From: Tubiluchus corallicola
Lineage: Eukaryota; Animalia; Priapulida
DNA: 64,000 nucleotides
Assembly (NCBI GenBank): GCA_030141605.1
Contig: JAQGDQ010000206.1
Coordinates: 326,085-390,084, forward strand
Direction: 5' to 3'
This document shows, piece after piece, positions 32,421 through 59,835 of this stretch (its first letter is position 1; each line of letters begins with the position of its first letter). The notes below the pieces were generated by a model. It was not told where the DNA came from and searched no databases. It saw only the letters and a list, made by a program, of their open reading frames with translations. The position numbers and the translations under genes are program-made.

Positions 32421-34856
32421 CTACAATGATCTCTTGTATTTGCCTTTCTTTGCTTTCTCAGTGCCGGTTTGTTCGGCTTCAGACAAAGCCTTGCGTCCTC
32501 CACGTTTGTCGACCTCCTCTTTGTCCGATCCTTCCGACTTCCTCGCATCCTTTCCCCGATCTCTGAGCACCTTGGAGTCGAGCGACTGCGACACTAACTG
32601 CGTCGCCAGGAAATCTTGAATGTGCTGAATGACATCAGCCTGCATTTCCTTTGCCATGGCAAATACCGGCTGATCGCGATTGTTGTACATGATCGCATTT
32701 TCGAACATGATCATCATGTCTCGCTGAAACTCGATGGTCGAACGGATGACGCCGGTCTCGATGTTTCTCTTGATGGTCGTCAAGTCCGTCGGCTTGTGAA
32801 CAACAGAACTGTAACCAGGAGCCACGTCATCCGTTACTGGGTGCAGAAAGACACTAGCATACTTGTGATTTGCTGCAGATCTCCACACCAGCATTATCGA
32901 GCGCTTCCAGGCTTTTAGATCGCGAGGTGTTGAAGCACCGTCGCCATGGATACCAGAAGCGGGACTGCCCGGTAACGACTCTACCAGCAAATCCCTTTTT
33001 TGCACACTATCGTCACTCTCAAGTGGACCCATTTCGTTGTCAACTTGCTGGCTTCGCAAGCGAGTAGAAATAAATTCAGACTTTGCCTCTTCTGCCGCCT
33101 TTTCCTCTCCCGGTGTGCTGTCCCTCTTTCCCACAACACCGGCAGCACCAGGGCCTTTCCTTTTTCTAGGTCGTCCCCTGCCTTTGGACGGTTGCACATC
33201 AGCTTCACTCACTTTAGACGAAACACTGCTTGCTGGGGAGGAGGGCTCAATTCTTCCAGATATTATGCTCTCAACAATATTAAATGAAACTTTGGAATCA
33301 GTTTCTTCTTTTGCTTGACTTGCATTAGTCTTACTCGTTTCGTGTACAGTTTCTCGGACAACCGCTGTTTCATTCTCTCCTTTTTCTATTTCAGATAAAA
33401 CTGAATTATCACCACCTGCTATTACCTCCTTCAAATTACCAACTTCAATTTCCATTTCTTTCTTTTGGTTTTCTCGCTCATCTGCAAGTGTCTTATCTGA
33501 CTGCGATGAGGCAGCAGAATGCAAAGCGACACTTTCTTCTTCGGAAAGTCTACTCGTGTCTTTTGCAGTTGTTGCTGTTGTTGTAGTCGTCGTCACTGTG
33601 GTCGATGTGGATGCTGTTACTGTAGTCGTTGTTATTGTTGTTTCAACTTGTTCTAATGCAGAAGATGAAGTCGCAGACACAACTGCCACTAATGCGTCAA
33701 CTTCAATTTTTGGTAGACTGTCCTGCGTTATCTCCGCTGGACATGTTGGGGTTCCAGCAGTTGCTATGGAGACTGTCGAAACTGGCAATGCTCTTGTCAC
33801 TTCCTTAGTTGTACTCATTGCAGTAGAGGCGGCATCTTGTGCCAAAGGTTCGGCTTGCTTAGTCTCGGAAATGGTTTGGTGTTCTACATGAGTTACTTCA
33901 CTGGTAACGATGGAACTTGGAATCACTAACTTCGCCTGGTTTGTCTTTATGGGAGAATCTAGCAGCTGTACAAGCGTAGGTGAACTAGCCAGGACAGGAG
34001 AGCTTGCAGCCGGAGTGGACGGCCTCGTAGACGACTTCTTTGGTGGTGTCACGTGCTCATCAGTTCTGAGATGTAACTGGTCATTGACAGCAGTGCTCAT
34101 GTTATGTTCAGTGGGAGGAAAGGGCGGCTTGCTCATCAGTAAGGAGGAAAGCAGCGGCGAGTGTGGGGGCGTCTTCTTCACAGGTTGTACTGTCCAGGAA
34201 ATGTCATTCACCACGCCTTGCTGACTAGATTCGTCGTCGGTGATCTCAACAGACAAAGGTTCGCTTAAAGGAGATTCTGCCGCCGAAGAGCTGTCGTCAA
34301 ATTGCTGGGCTCCTCCCGTGAATTTCTTTGCCTCTTCTGTGCTGGCTTTGTGCTCTTCGACCGCTAATCTATGAGCTTCGGCCAGTTCTTCAGCTGCCTG
34401 TTGCTGTTTCACGATCTCTTCGTACATGTCCTTCAGCTTATCGTCGAGATTTCCGGCCCATATCTGTTCCATCTCGTCTTTTAAACGTTTGTAACACCTC
34501 TGCTCCTCCTGCACCAACTTCTTGAGCTCCTCTATTCGGTCCTGAGTGAGCCTTCGCACGATCATGTCCACGGGAGTCTCGGCTGCGTCCGGTTTATCGG
34601 CACCCTTCTCAATCCTTTTTCGCTTGCATTTGGGCGAATCGACAGTTTCCAGCAAATATGAGTACTGCAGCGCGCAATTCTTCTGCGAAAACCAGTCGGG
34701 TTTCCTTTGCGGTTCTGCAAAGGGCTTGATGGCTCTGCTCACGCCTACCCAGTTTTGATCACCACTTCTAGCGACTGAAGAAGCCAAACAAAGTTGTTCT
34801 CTTGTTGACCACTGGTCAGGAGTAAGCTTGCGAATGACAAATTTTTGGGAAGCCAT
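32421..34856 (-). CDS. BRD8: Bromodomain-containing protein 8 (NuA4/TIP60 subunit), 811 aa, single coding exon
   Basis: N-terminus WSTREQLCLASSVARSGDQNWVGVSRAIKPFAEP.RKPDWFSQKNCA and bromodomain KAWKRSIMLVWRSAANHKYASVFLHPVTDDVAPGY...DLTTIKRNIETGVIRST.EFQRDMMIMFENAIMYN both match BRD8 as remembered; uninterrupted ORF. Confidence 0.96.
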   Translation of the reverse strand: MASQKFVIRKLTPDQWSTREQLCLASSVARSGDQNWVGVSRAIKPFAEPQRKPDWFSQKNCALQYSYLLETVDSPKCKRKRIEKGADKPDAAETPVDMIVRRLTQDRIEELKKLVQEEQRCYKRLKDEMEQIWAGNLDDKLKDMYEEIVKQQQAAEELAEAHRLAVEEHKASTEEAKKFTGGAQQFDDSSSAAESPLSEPLSVEITDDESSQQGVVNDISWTVQPVKKTPPHSPLLSSLLMSKPPFPPTEHNMSTAVNDQLHLRTDEHVTPPKKSSTRPSTPAASSPVLASSPTLVQLLDSPIKTNQAKLVIPSSIVTSEVTHVEHQTISETKQAEPLAQDAASTAMSTTKEVTRALPVSTVSIATAGTPTCPAEITQDSLPKIEVDALVAVVSATSSSALEQVETTITTTTVTASTSTTVTTTTTTATTAKDTSRLSEEESVALHSAASSQSDKTLADERENQKKEMEIEVGNLKEVIAGGDNSVLSEIEKGENETAVVRETVHETSKTNASQAKEETDSKVSFNIVESIISGRIEPSSPASSVSSKVSEADVQPSKGRGRPRKRKGPGAAGVVGKRDSTPGEEKAAEEAKSEFISTRLRSQQVDNEMGPLESDDSVQKRDLLVESLPGSPASGIHGDGASTPRDLKAWKRSIMLVWRSAANHKYASVFLHPVTDDVAPGYSSVVHKPTDLTTIKRNIETGVIRSTIEFQRDMMIMFENAIMYNNRDQPVFAMAKEMQADVIQHIQDFLATQLVSQSLDSKVLRDRGKDARKSEGSDKEEVDKRGGRKALSEAEQTGTEKAKKGKYKRSL

Positions 34857-35566
34857 TGCTCTTTATCTATTTATGTTCAGATTTCTGCAAAAAATATAAA
34901 AAACTAAAGTAACACAGAAAACTGAAAAACTAGAGTAACTGCGTTTAATGCATATCTCTAGGGACCGAAGAAATCTCTGCAAATTATGTGAACTATGTAT
35001 CAGGTGATATCGAAGGGTAACCACATTCATGGGCTGTGGTAATGTCTCAGGGGACCAGCGATCACACTAACATTGACATTTTTGGGATAATTTAAGTTTA
35101 AGACATTATTTACTGTTTGATTTGCCAGTCAGTTTTACAGGCTATGTAATCTTAAGTTACTCTGAATCTGCTGTCTTTTGCAAACTGTCCAGGGAGAACT
35201 ACCTGCCATATTAGCTCAGTAAGCTCACCCCGTAAAAGGCGGCATCATTTATTTTACAAAATAAAAACCATTGCAATTTTTGTCCTTATCTTGCTGAATT
35301 ATTATTAATGAATTAGCGTATGCAGTTAAACCTGTGTTTGGTCAGAGCAACACTCCCCCCTTCCCCAGGGCAGCATTTGTGAAAATGATTTAAGCACATA
35401 TGTAAAGCTTCCATTGTTTCAGTGACACCAGCTGGTTGAAAAGCTGACACTGCAGTTACTGCACTGGTGAGTTTAAACAAAGTTTTGCATTTGTGCTTAA
35501 ACATTAGCTGGTGCCAATTGGAACTAAATAAGTTTTCCAATCAATCATTATCATAGGCTATAATAT

Positions 35567-36322
35567 CAAACTAACTCAAGCAAACTTATATTTACGGTTG
35601 ATCAATGCTACTCAAGCAGCCAACACTCCAACTAACTCAAGCAAACTTATACTTACGGTTGATCAATGCTACTCATGCAGCCAACACTCCAACTAACTCA
35701 AGCAAACTTATACTTACGGTTGATCAATGCTACTCAAGCAGCCAACACTCCAACTAACTCAAGCAAACTTATACTTACGGTTGATCAATGCTACTCAAGC
35801 AGCCAACACTCCAACTAACTCAAGCAAACTTATATTTACGGCTGGTCAATGCTACTCAAGCAGCCAACACTCCAACTAACTCAAGCAAACTTATATTTAC
35901 GGTTGATCAATGCTACTCAAGCAGCCAACACTCCAACTAACTCAAATAAACTTATATTTACGGTTGATCAATGCTACTCAAGCAGCCAACACTCAAACTA
36001 ACTCAAGCAAACTTATACTTATGGTTGATCAATGCTGCTCATGCAGTCAACACTCAAACTAACTCAAGCAAACTTATATTTATGGTTGATCAATGCTACT
36101 CAAGCAGCCAACACTACAACTAACTCAAGCAAACTTATATTTACGGTTGATCAATGCTACTCAAGCAGCCAACACTCCAACTAACTCAAGCAAACTTATA
36201 CTTACGGTTGATCAATGCTGCTCATGCAGTCAACACTCAAACTAACTCAAGCAAACTTATATTTATAGTTGATCAATGCTACTCAAGCAGCCAACACTCC
36301 AACTAACTCAAGCAAACTTATA
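35567..36322. repeat. 61-bp minisatellite, ~12 copies
   Basis: Unit caactaactcaagcaaacttatatttacggttgatcaatgctactcaagcagccaacactc. Confidence 0.95.
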
Positions 36323-36585
36323 TCATAATATTAGTTGGCTATCAAAGCATAAGCTAGTAGCACTTGATGGTATGCAATGAGCCTACAAGTATTAAATCTT
36401 TAAACCAAACTTAGTTAAAGAAATGCCAGTATTATATTTGTATCTGAATCAGGAATTTTTAGATTGTCAGTGGTATATGCAGGCCTTTATGATATAGGCA
36501 GGTTTTACCTCTATGTTTTTCCACTGTACTGGTGGGTCCACAGTAGGTGTAAATGCGGATTAAAATACCCCTGCAAGGTAGTGAT

Positions 36586-37193
36586 TTAAAGGAAGACAGG
36601 ATGATTTTTCATATGCTATCCCATTTTCAAGATAAAAAGTATACATTTAAACACGATTAATACTGCAAAAGTGTTTCTGATAATTATATAATATATTAAT
36701 TAACAGTGGGCAAGCGCAACTTTTGGTGGCATCAAAAACTAACATAATTTTCAACAGGAAAAATAATCTACGAGCGTGTTGCACGTGTTTGCGAAAGCGA
36801 AAATTGAAGTACAGTGCTACTCAGATATTCAGTGTGTTGTGATAAAACTAGGCATGTTTTAAGATAAGAATTCAATTTCAAATTTACCGCTGTATTCACG
36901 CATGAGCTGTCGAACGTGCATAGTTTGTCAGAAACTAACACATCTGAAATGAGAGGTACAGCGCCTGTTTTTGAGTAATGGTTTCCGAAATGCAGGCGCT
37001 AGTGATCGTCTAACTAGCGAATGGCAAAATGCATGTAACAATGAAAAACTAGTGGCGCGAATGCGAAAGTGCGTTTGTGTGGTAATAATTCTTTCATGTA
37101 ATTCATTTTTGAAAAAATAGTATGTTCCCTTTCAATATTTTAAAGAGTAGACTGTTTTGACCTACAGTTTAAGGCTGGGTCCGAATTTGCTTG
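36586..37193. mobile_element. Kolobok-like non-autonomous element (dispersed repeat)
   Basis: Colinear with ~21971-22584; begins TTAA|AG. Superfamily inferred from TTAA plus purine termini only. Confidence 0.6.
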
Positions 37194-37788
37194 AGACTTA
37201 TTATTATTTATTATTATTTTTATTTTCACTTGCATGTGTTACTTGTTAAAAGTTCTGTTTATTTAATTTATTTATTAAAATATCTAAATTTATTTGTATA
37301 TCTAGATTTAACAGATTTTAATAAGGTTAATCTTAATGATGTAAATGTCCTCAATGTAATGTAAAGTAGGTTTTACAATACCTATTTTAGAATATTAGTT
37401 AGATCGATTAGAGCTAATTTCTAAAATTTGGCACTGTTTTCCTTTAACTTTTTGTGGCATGACATGAAAATGGAAAAACTTTTTGCACTGAATTAAAAGA
37501 GAGAGATCGCGCGACAGACTCTCTACCGTTTTGTAGGCACTTTTTGTGCCTGCCTTTATGTTCTTAATAACTCCAATTTTTTCCAGTCCTTGTTTCATCT
37601 TCATAGCTTGTTGTTTTTTCCTTGTTAGCTATATCTCTAGACCGACTCCATATTTCTTTCTTAACCGCGTCACTTAAAGTTATCTTCGGTTATAAATTAA
37701 TATTATTGTTCCATACCCTTCTTGCATAACAGAGCAATTTCCTTACGTGAATTACGTAAATCACAGAGCTCATAATAGAAAAGTTTAC

Positions 37789-37905
37789 CTCAGACACGCG
37801 CCAATATTCGAAATAAATTCTTCTTTTATTTACAGAAGCATCACACCACGTGTGGTGAGTGACTGAGTATTAAAATACATCTTTCGCGTAATACGCCATC
37901 TTAAA
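37789..37905 (-). other. BRD8: Putative non-coding first exon of BRD8 (5'UTR intron ~34885..37788)
   Basis: Minus-strand acceptor ttttttgcag 28 nt upstream of the ATG (exon starts 34884); candidate donor GAG|gtaaac at 37789/37788; YY1-type AAGATGGCG at 37894-37902 (-). Confidence 0.5.
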
Positions 37906-37983
37906 CAAGTGAACAGTGAAGCACTGGACAAATACGTCACCAACAACCAATCAAGTTGTAAAATCAGGTGGAATCAATCGAGC
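37840..37983. promoter_or_regulatory. Compact bidirectional promoter BRD8/GUK1
   Basis: YY1-like CGCCATCTT (37894), ACGTCA half-CRE (~37934), AACCAATCA CCAAT box (~37945) and CACGTG E-box (~37847) lie between divergent first exons. Confidence 0.55.
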
Positions 37984-53501
<15,518 letters not shown>

Positions 53502-55164
53502 CTACTATCATTTACTCTCTATGAGAAAACCTGAGCCTTTTTAACCAAAAACTATTACATCTATTTTACTTTAGTAAATAATATTACACTACTTGCAATA
53601 CATTATGCACTACACATCTATGCATAAGGAGTAAGCGTACTGCCCCCTCCGACACGGTGCTCGCGGGGATGATGTCGGGTATGAGGGTAGCTGTACTCGA
53701 CTAGATGATTATTTATGTTTTGTGAAGTACACACTGTGATAGCTGAATGCATGATTAGCATAATAATGACATTATGTTCAATTGTTATATGTTTTAACTT
53801 TTAATGTTAGATATAGGAAATATTTATGTTTAATGCGTATTCAAAAATGGTCTCTCCTGCTGGTATTGTTGACAGGGTATATACGTAGTGCCGAACATAC
53901 ATTGATGAACATACATACAGTAGTACCTCTGTTTTTGACTACAATTCGTTTCTAAAAAGTGTTTGAAAAAAGATTCGGTCGAGAACCGAATCATTTATTC
54001 CCATAAGAAATAATGTAAAAGCAAATAATCTCTAGCGCCAAATCAACTGTAAAGTATTACTAAAACGAAATGTAAGAATGTACAAATGTTTATCTAAACA
54101 GTAGATATGATATAATTGATAAGAAAAACATAATAGAATTACTTAGAAAGAAAAACATAATTATTCCTGCATGAAAAACCTTACGTGTTGGTAGCAGTGT
54201 GATGGCATACCTATGCAAGATCGGAAACACATGCGTGACTACTCTCGCGGTCGGTCGGTTGCGCTCGGCTCTACTCGACTCGCCATGCACGCGTTCAGAC
54301 ACAGACACTGACTTTCGCATATAACTACACATTCAATCTAGCAAGTTTTCTTGCCAGGTAATTCGCAAGTTTGTTCAAAGTAGATAGCAAAATTGCTGCT
54401 AGTTATTCTCCGACAGTAAATGCGAGCTGACACTCAGTTGTCTGTTCACTGCAAGTGACTCGCCGAGGCGTTAACACCAGACAGTAACTTGCAGAAGATC
54501 AACTTGCAACAACTGTTGGAGAGTTTGCAATTTCTTGTCGACAGTAACTCGCAAAGCAGTTCACACTTACGAGTTTGCTGTTAGAGAAAACTCGCTAGTC
54601 TGGCTAGCAGCTAACACTAGTTTATACATACTGTAGATATTAAGTTATGCTTGGTTTAGGGTTTCATATTTCTATCATGTCCGACAAAAGTTTGCAGGGT
54701 TTTCATTCGCCCAGATTATTTCCAAGTCAGTTCTGTGAGCTAAGTTTTTCACTGGTAAGAGCAAGTTCACTTGTGGTAATTCTATGGAAAATCAATACTT
54801 GTTTTTTAACATATCCGCATAATATAAAAGAGCATCGCTCTAATTACTGATGTGTATCATTTAATTTGCAGTACTGTATGTTAGTGGAGAAGTCGCATAC
54901 ATTTGGCTATGAGAAACGCTCATTTTGCGTGCCACCCCGTTTTCCCTCGCCGTTTACTGTTCTGTAGCTCTAAAGATTCTGAATACACTAACTTTTGTTA
55001 ACAAATTCGATCATCCGTTACTCTTTTCCGGTTTTACTACTGTTTGGTGTCAAGATTTACACCTTTACTGTAGTTTGCGGTCAAGATTTGCACTCTTACG
55101 CTAGTTTTGTGTCATCTTTGCCTGCTTTTCTTCATCGCAAGAATGTATTAACTAGTAAGAAATC

Positions 55165-55590
55165 TTCGTAGTATATAAGACTTCGATTATTTAATGCTTA
55201 CGTTACCTGCTTATTTATGTACAACAGTGAAACATGCTGTTTAATGATTACTCAAGAAAAGCAGATGGATAAATTTCGTAGAAGTCGTCTAAGGAAAGTT
55301 TTCAAAATAAGATGGCTAGACATAATCAAAAATGAAGATATACTAGACCGAAAGACATTCCTTGGAGCTCAAAGTCAAGTTCCAAAGGTGACCAAGGGCG
55401 CCTTCTAGCATTCCCAAGTGAAACACCAGTAAGAGTCGCCTTGGAACCTTGCAAAAACCATTATGACAAACAAAAAACAACTTGGATAGCTAAGGTAAAT
55501 TAAGATGCGCAAGAACTTGAACAAATTTAGCTTTAAGAGTAGAAGAACTTAGCTGCAGATAGGAGGAGTGAGAAGAATGCTCTATAGAAA
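55165..55590 (+). mobile_element. RTE-clade LINE 3' fragment (degenerate)
   Basis: IRLRLFNAYVTCLFMYNSETCCL...MDKFRRSRLRKVFKIRWLDIIKNEDILDR fits the post-RT region of RTE elements (LLY.sETW...F.RRCLR.IL.I.W.D...NE.+L.R). Confidence 0.72.
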
Positions 55591-56795
55591 CGATAATTCC
55601 TGGATGTCTACAACAGACGGAATGATGTCAAGATTTACAATGTTGTTCGTAGAGAAAAGGCAGCCTGGGTGTTTTTGAAGGGAGTTTCCAGGCCAAACAT
55701 TTTCGGCGTTTTTCATAATTTTTAAAGCTAAATCCTACATTACTTTTGTTACCACACTTAATGAAAAACCCGACATTAAACAGTAGCTCAAATTGGTCTG
55801 ACATAGAGAATGTTGAGAATGATTTGCGCGAAAGAATGATTTCCACGGAATTTCAGTGCATTGCACAAAAAATAGGCGCTGCACCTCTCAGTTCAGTTGT
55901 GATGTATCACACGCTTGTGATGAAATCGTGTGTTGGCGCAGCAGTAATTTTCGAGTGTAAATTTTAACTTGGAATTTGCCGGGTTGGTGTAAATCATAGT
56001 CACTGCTGTATTTCAATTTTTGCTTTTGTAAATGTGTGCAACAAAAATGTTTTTGCCATTCAAAAAATATGTTCATTTGTGACGCCATCGCTGTGCTGAC
56101 CGGCCTTTAATCAAGTTTCAAAACTGATATTTAATTATGGCATTTTTATAGATATTGAAATATATGTTGTTTACTGTACTTCAAAATTGCATAGGATGTG
56201 AAAAATCATTCTGCTTTGTTTTAGGCAAAACCGATAAACTATTCTGCTATGTAGAACGTTTTGTAGACGCGAGCACAACAATGGTTAACATTGTCAATTA
56301 GTCTGGTGTCCGTTTCGTGGGCCGTACGTGAATGATGCATTTACATCGATTACACGTCTGTCATTTCGTTTTTAACATAAATCACATTCCACTGTTTTTG
56401 CTCAGACAAAAACGCTCGAACTGCTCAGAAAAAAATGCTCCAACGGCTTTCGTTTTTTGTCACTTTTAGTTCCGCATCAAATTCTGTGATTTGAAAACGG
56501 ACGTTCGGTTTACGAATGCCGCACCTTCAACAAAACGTATTTCGGGGAAAACTTGCAATTGTCATAGCCTGCGTTAGGTCACATCGGTTGCGTAGAATGT
56601 CCGAACCTTGCGATGGTTCCAGTTAACGCGTTGTCACTTGCTTTTATGAATTTTCTTACATGATGTTTTTGTCGAGCCATTCAAGCCAGGTTTTATTGGC
56701 CTTTGAGGAAAGGTGATGTTGCTTAGCATGTTGCGTTTATTTTACTGGTACCATCGAAACTTAGCAAAATGTCTATAAAGTAAAAACTTAAGTTA

Positions 56796-57168
56796 TATAG
56801 GTTTTACATGTCAAATGTAGACCTGCATTAACTCAAATGTAGATTTAGGTAATTCAAATGTGTCTTGGTAACTCAAATGTAGACTTAGGTAGTTCAAAAG
56901 TGTTAACAATGGTTTTCAACAAATCTTAAGCGCTTTTGGTAAGTCAAATGTAGACACATGTCAAGTCAAATTAAGTACTGCATCTACATTTGACTTACCT
57001 AAGTCACATTTGAGTTACCAAAACACATTCGAAATTTCGGTCTACATTTGACTTGCCTAAGTCACATTTGAGTTACCAAAGCGCACTCGAAATACCTATG
57101 TCTACATTTGACTTACATAAGTCACATTTGAACTTTCCTGTGTCTACATTTGACGTGTAAAACCTATA
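56796..57168. mobile_element. Foldback MITE with modular TIRs
   Basis: TATAGGTTTTACATGTCAAATGTAGAC...GTCTACATTTGACGTGTAAAACCTATA; arms are built of repeated TCAAATGT units that invert near 56978. Confidence 0.8.
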
Positions 57169-57704
57169 CTACCACTGTTTAGAAATCTTCTTGCACCAGT
57201 AGCTGCCCATTCACTTGAAAATTATAGCATTACTGCCTTTTCGTAAGCTCATGTAATACGATACTAATTGAAACTTCTTCAACTTACCTAATGCTCATGC
57301 AAGAATATCAGAAAATTATCCATTGATGAATGACATCATTGGTGGAAGAATGGGTATTCAAAATGGGAGCGCCCAAGCGTGAATTAATCGTGATTTTAAA
57401 GTGATTTTGCTAATCATACGATAGCCCGAATCACAGTTTTGTTACTATATCCGTTAACATTTTTTGAAATCAGCCCAGAAGGCTTTGTCTTTCCTTTAAT
57501 TTCAGTAGATGCCGCCTCTTAAAGAGAGCTGAATCATTTAATCAAAAAGAAACCCACCTCCAATGTGACAGCTCAGTTCATACGCAGAAACGTAATTTCA
57601 GTTTCCGTTTTCGTAATTTTTTGACGTGGGGTTTCTTTATCATTTTCGTACTACGCATTTGCGTCGACTTTTAACATTTCAGTAAGAAATAGTTTTTCTT
57701 TTAA

Positions 57705-58137
57705 CCCTTTCAGTCCCAAATTATTTTTTATTATGAATATGAATTACAACCATTTGTTCCCAATGTATCCTGTGGCATACACAACATTCTTTGTCATGTG
57801 CAAAAAAACAAAGTCCGACTTTTTTTAAAAACACAACAAAAGCAAAAAATGTGCTTCATTTTGCAACTGCTGATAATTTTTTAAAGTATTTAAGACATTT
57901 AGTATGCATGCTGTGCTGATCTGTACAAAGTCGTCTCTAAAGTACTGTACCTTGCGCAGATTTTTATGCTATGTAGATTTTCTAGTTTGCCATTTTATCA
58001 CTATTTTTAGTCTATTGTTATTGGCTTAAATCAAAATAACTATTAACAGATCAAATAAACGTCAGTTTTAAAATTTTATTAATTTTAAAGGCAGAAAATA
58101 TTCTCGTATCCCACGGGATACAACGGGCATGAAAGGG
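57705..58137. mobile_element. piggyBac-like MITE family B, copy 2
   Basis: Same TIRs and TTAA TSD as 18699-19153. Confidence 0.85.
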
Positions 58138-58913
58138 TTAACAAACATTCTGTATTTCTTTGTGACTGTTTGGAAGCAAGAACAGTGCTGTAGCTAACTG
58201 ATTAATTACAATCGATTGATTGATGGATTAGAATTTCTGCAATACTTTCAGAAGTGTCATGTTATTATTTACTAGTCTGTTTACTAGTTGACTTCGTGAT
58301 GTAAACATGTTGTTAGAGATTTAACACACTAGTTTGTTACTATTTATTATAAAGTAATTTACTTTAGCTAAAATATAATGCACTATTTAGTTGTACATAC
58401 ATATATATATATATTCAAGAGTTTTATTATCAAAATAGTTAAAAATGCTACATGAAATAATTTGTATAAAAGTCACTGTGTGTTACTTATGTACAAAAAC
58501 ATTAAATTAAAACAATTTTAAAAGTTGTTTAACCACACAACCATTAACAGTTGTAAAAATTACAAAAATACGATTAGTGATAGTAGTAAAAAGTACTAAA
58601 CAGTACATTGTAAATTGTGGTGATATAAAATAAGACGCTTGGTAATTTGTTACATCCATACATTCCAGGTTATCAGCATATTATTAAAAGTCTTAAACCT
58701 CTTTCTATTGCCCACTTCAGAGCTGCAAAAGAATTTGGTGTTATGATGAGTTTGACATTATAATTAGCTGATTTAATATGTACTTGTCTGCGCAAACATC
58801 GTTTTGTTAAAAGTTTGGGCATTAAGCAAAGTTGGCAGTATAACAAGGTCTGATTGTATAGCATCAGAATACATGTACAATCAAAATTTAAAATCCTATA
58901 ATTTCGGTTATAG

Positions 58914-59398
58914 GCCAGTGGTCACTTAGATATTAAGTGCTCAATGAATCTTTAACAGTGACACAATACTAGGACAAATAAATGCCCAGTGGTCAAAGTG
59001 CTCAATGAATCTTTAACAGTGACACAATACTTGATCGTCAAAAAACCGGTCATATTTAGGACACAAATGTGTTGTTTTGTGTTGGTTGGTGGTGTGTTGT
59101 TTTGTGTTTGTGTGGTTTTTGGTGCCCAGTGGTCAAAGTGCTCAATGAATCTTTAACAGTGACACAATACTTGATCGTCGAAAAATCGGTCATATTTAGG
59201 ACACAAATGCCCAGTGGTCAAAGTGCTCAATGAATCTTTAACAGTGACGCAATACTCGATCGTCGAAAAATCGGTCATATTTAGGACACAAATAAATGCC
59301 CAGTGGTCAAAGTGCTCAATGAATCTTTAACAGTGACACCATACTTGATCGTCGAAAAATCGGTCATTTTTAGGACAAATAAATGCCCAGTGGTCAAA
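58914..59398. repeat. ~85-bp tandem repeat, ~5 copies with a GT-rich interruption
   Basis: gcccagtggtcaaagtgctcaatgaatctttaacagtgac recurs. Confidence 0.9.
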
Positions 59399-59654
59399 CC
59401 TTTAGGCAGTTACATATAAGGCGATATAAAAAAACTCGGCTGTATGTGCCGTGGATGTCAAGACCTTATGTGGACACATATGTACATGCTTCTTCCTCCA
59501 TTGTATAACACAATCTTCAATTAACAATAGCTGCCTCAAACCAAATGATGATGACTATGACACTTCATCATAACTAGAATCATCCCCTTGAACTTGAACA
59601 ACAAAAGTCGACAATGTGTCATCATCTTGTGCCATACAAATCAAGTTTAGTGAT

Positions 59655-59835
59655 TCAATCACAAATTGTAAACACTTCATAGTCAGCCACTGTGAAGTGA
59701 TAATCGCCCATGAGGATGCTACTGGATGCGTTCTCTCCGCCGTACGAATGAGGCAAGTTGGAGTACGAATCCATGTTTTGATCACAGTCGCTAGAGATGG
59801 ACAGGTCGGCTCCGGCACCAAATATAGGACCAAAA
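59655..59835 (-). CDS. TLDc gene last exon (FGPIFGAGADL...DYEVFTICD*)
   Basis: tttttttcag acceptor; ORF 59655..59855. Confidence 0.9.

Noticed and set aside
32372-34758. Several + strand ORFs overlapping BRD8
   Set aside because: Antisense shadows of the BRD8 CDS with no independent motifs.
58673-58864. 63-aa minus-strand ORF
   Set aside because: No recognisable motif or splice-phase link; probably 3'UTR of the TLDc gene.
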